DNA of 64,000 nucleotides. Source: Escherichia coli (GTDB lineage: Bacteria > Pseudomonadota > Gammaproteobacteria > Enterobacterales > Enterobacteriaceae). The stretch lies in the NCBI RefSeq assembly GCF_003790525.1, contig NZ_CP033635.1. The stretch is one strand, 5' to 3'. Position numbers and translations under genes: made by a program. Below the pieces are notes generated by a model. That model did no database searches. It saw nothing but the letters and a program-made list of their open reading frames with translations, and had not been told where the DNA came from. Shown piece after piece: positions 63,539-64,000 of this stretch (its first letter is position 1; each line of letters starts with the position of its first letter).

Positions 63539-63606
63539 CCTTAAAGAAGCGTTCTTTGAAGTGCTCACACAGATTGTCTGATGAAAATGAGCAGTAAAAC
63601 CTCTAC

Positions 63607-63683
<77 letters not shown>

Positions 63684-63725
63684 AATTTGCACCGCAAATT
63701 TGAAGAGGTTTTAACTACATGTTAT

Positions 63726-63801
63726 GGGGCTATAGCTCAGCTGGGAGAGCGCCTGCTTTGCACGCAGGAGGTCTGCGGTTCGATCCCGCATAGCTCCACC
63801 A
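63726..63801 (+). tRNA. alaT: tRNA-Ala (anticodon TGC), rrn spacer tRNA
   Basis: GGGGCTATAGCTCAGCTGGGAGAGCGCCTGCTTTGCACGCAGGAGGTCTGCGGTTCGATCCCGCATAGCTCCACCA. Confidence 0.97.
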
Positions 63802-63984
63802 TCTCTGTAGTGATTAAATAAAAAATACTTCAGAGTGTACCTGCAAAGGTTCACTGCGAAGTTTTGCTCTTTAAAAATCTGGATCAAGCTGAAAATTGAA
63901 ACACTGAACAACGAAAGTTGTTCGTGAGTCTCTCAAATTTTCGCAACACGATGATGAGTCGAAAGAAACATCTTCGGGTTGTGA

Positions 63985-64000
63985 GGTTAAGCGACTAAGC
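63985..64000 (+). rRNA. rrlD: 23S ribosomal RNA, 5' end only (truncated by the window edge)
   Basis: GGTTAAGCGACTAAGC matches the conserved 23S 5' terminus. Confidence 0.8.

Overview
This window is a core chromosomal segment of Escherichia coli, from a non-K-12 strain, running from the yhfX-yhfS operon through the nir, crp, kef, tus, str, S10, spc and alpha ribosomal operons to the start of rrnD. It is in reverse-complement orientation relative to the usual K-12 map, and I assigned genes by reading the translations and gene order; no alignment or database search could be run. I see no IS element, prophage, integron or CRISPR array. From my memory of the K-12 gene order, three blocks are missing: frlABCDR between yhfS and yhfL, chiA between tufA and bfd, and the gsp type II secretion cluster between bfr and rpsJ, where only a truncated prepilin-peptidase ORF remains. 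rpsG has the 156-aa form rather than the K-12 179-aa form. I do not find a clearly novel system. The least characterised candidate is the tightly coupled six-gene yhfX-yhfW-php-yhfU-yhfT-yhfS cluster, followed by the fic/yhfG pair with a non-canonical FIC motif and the yheS-yheT-yheU cluster. Five genes under 60 aa that the ORF track omits (yhfL, yhfG, rpmD, rpmJ, and corrected starts for several others) were found by reading the sequence.
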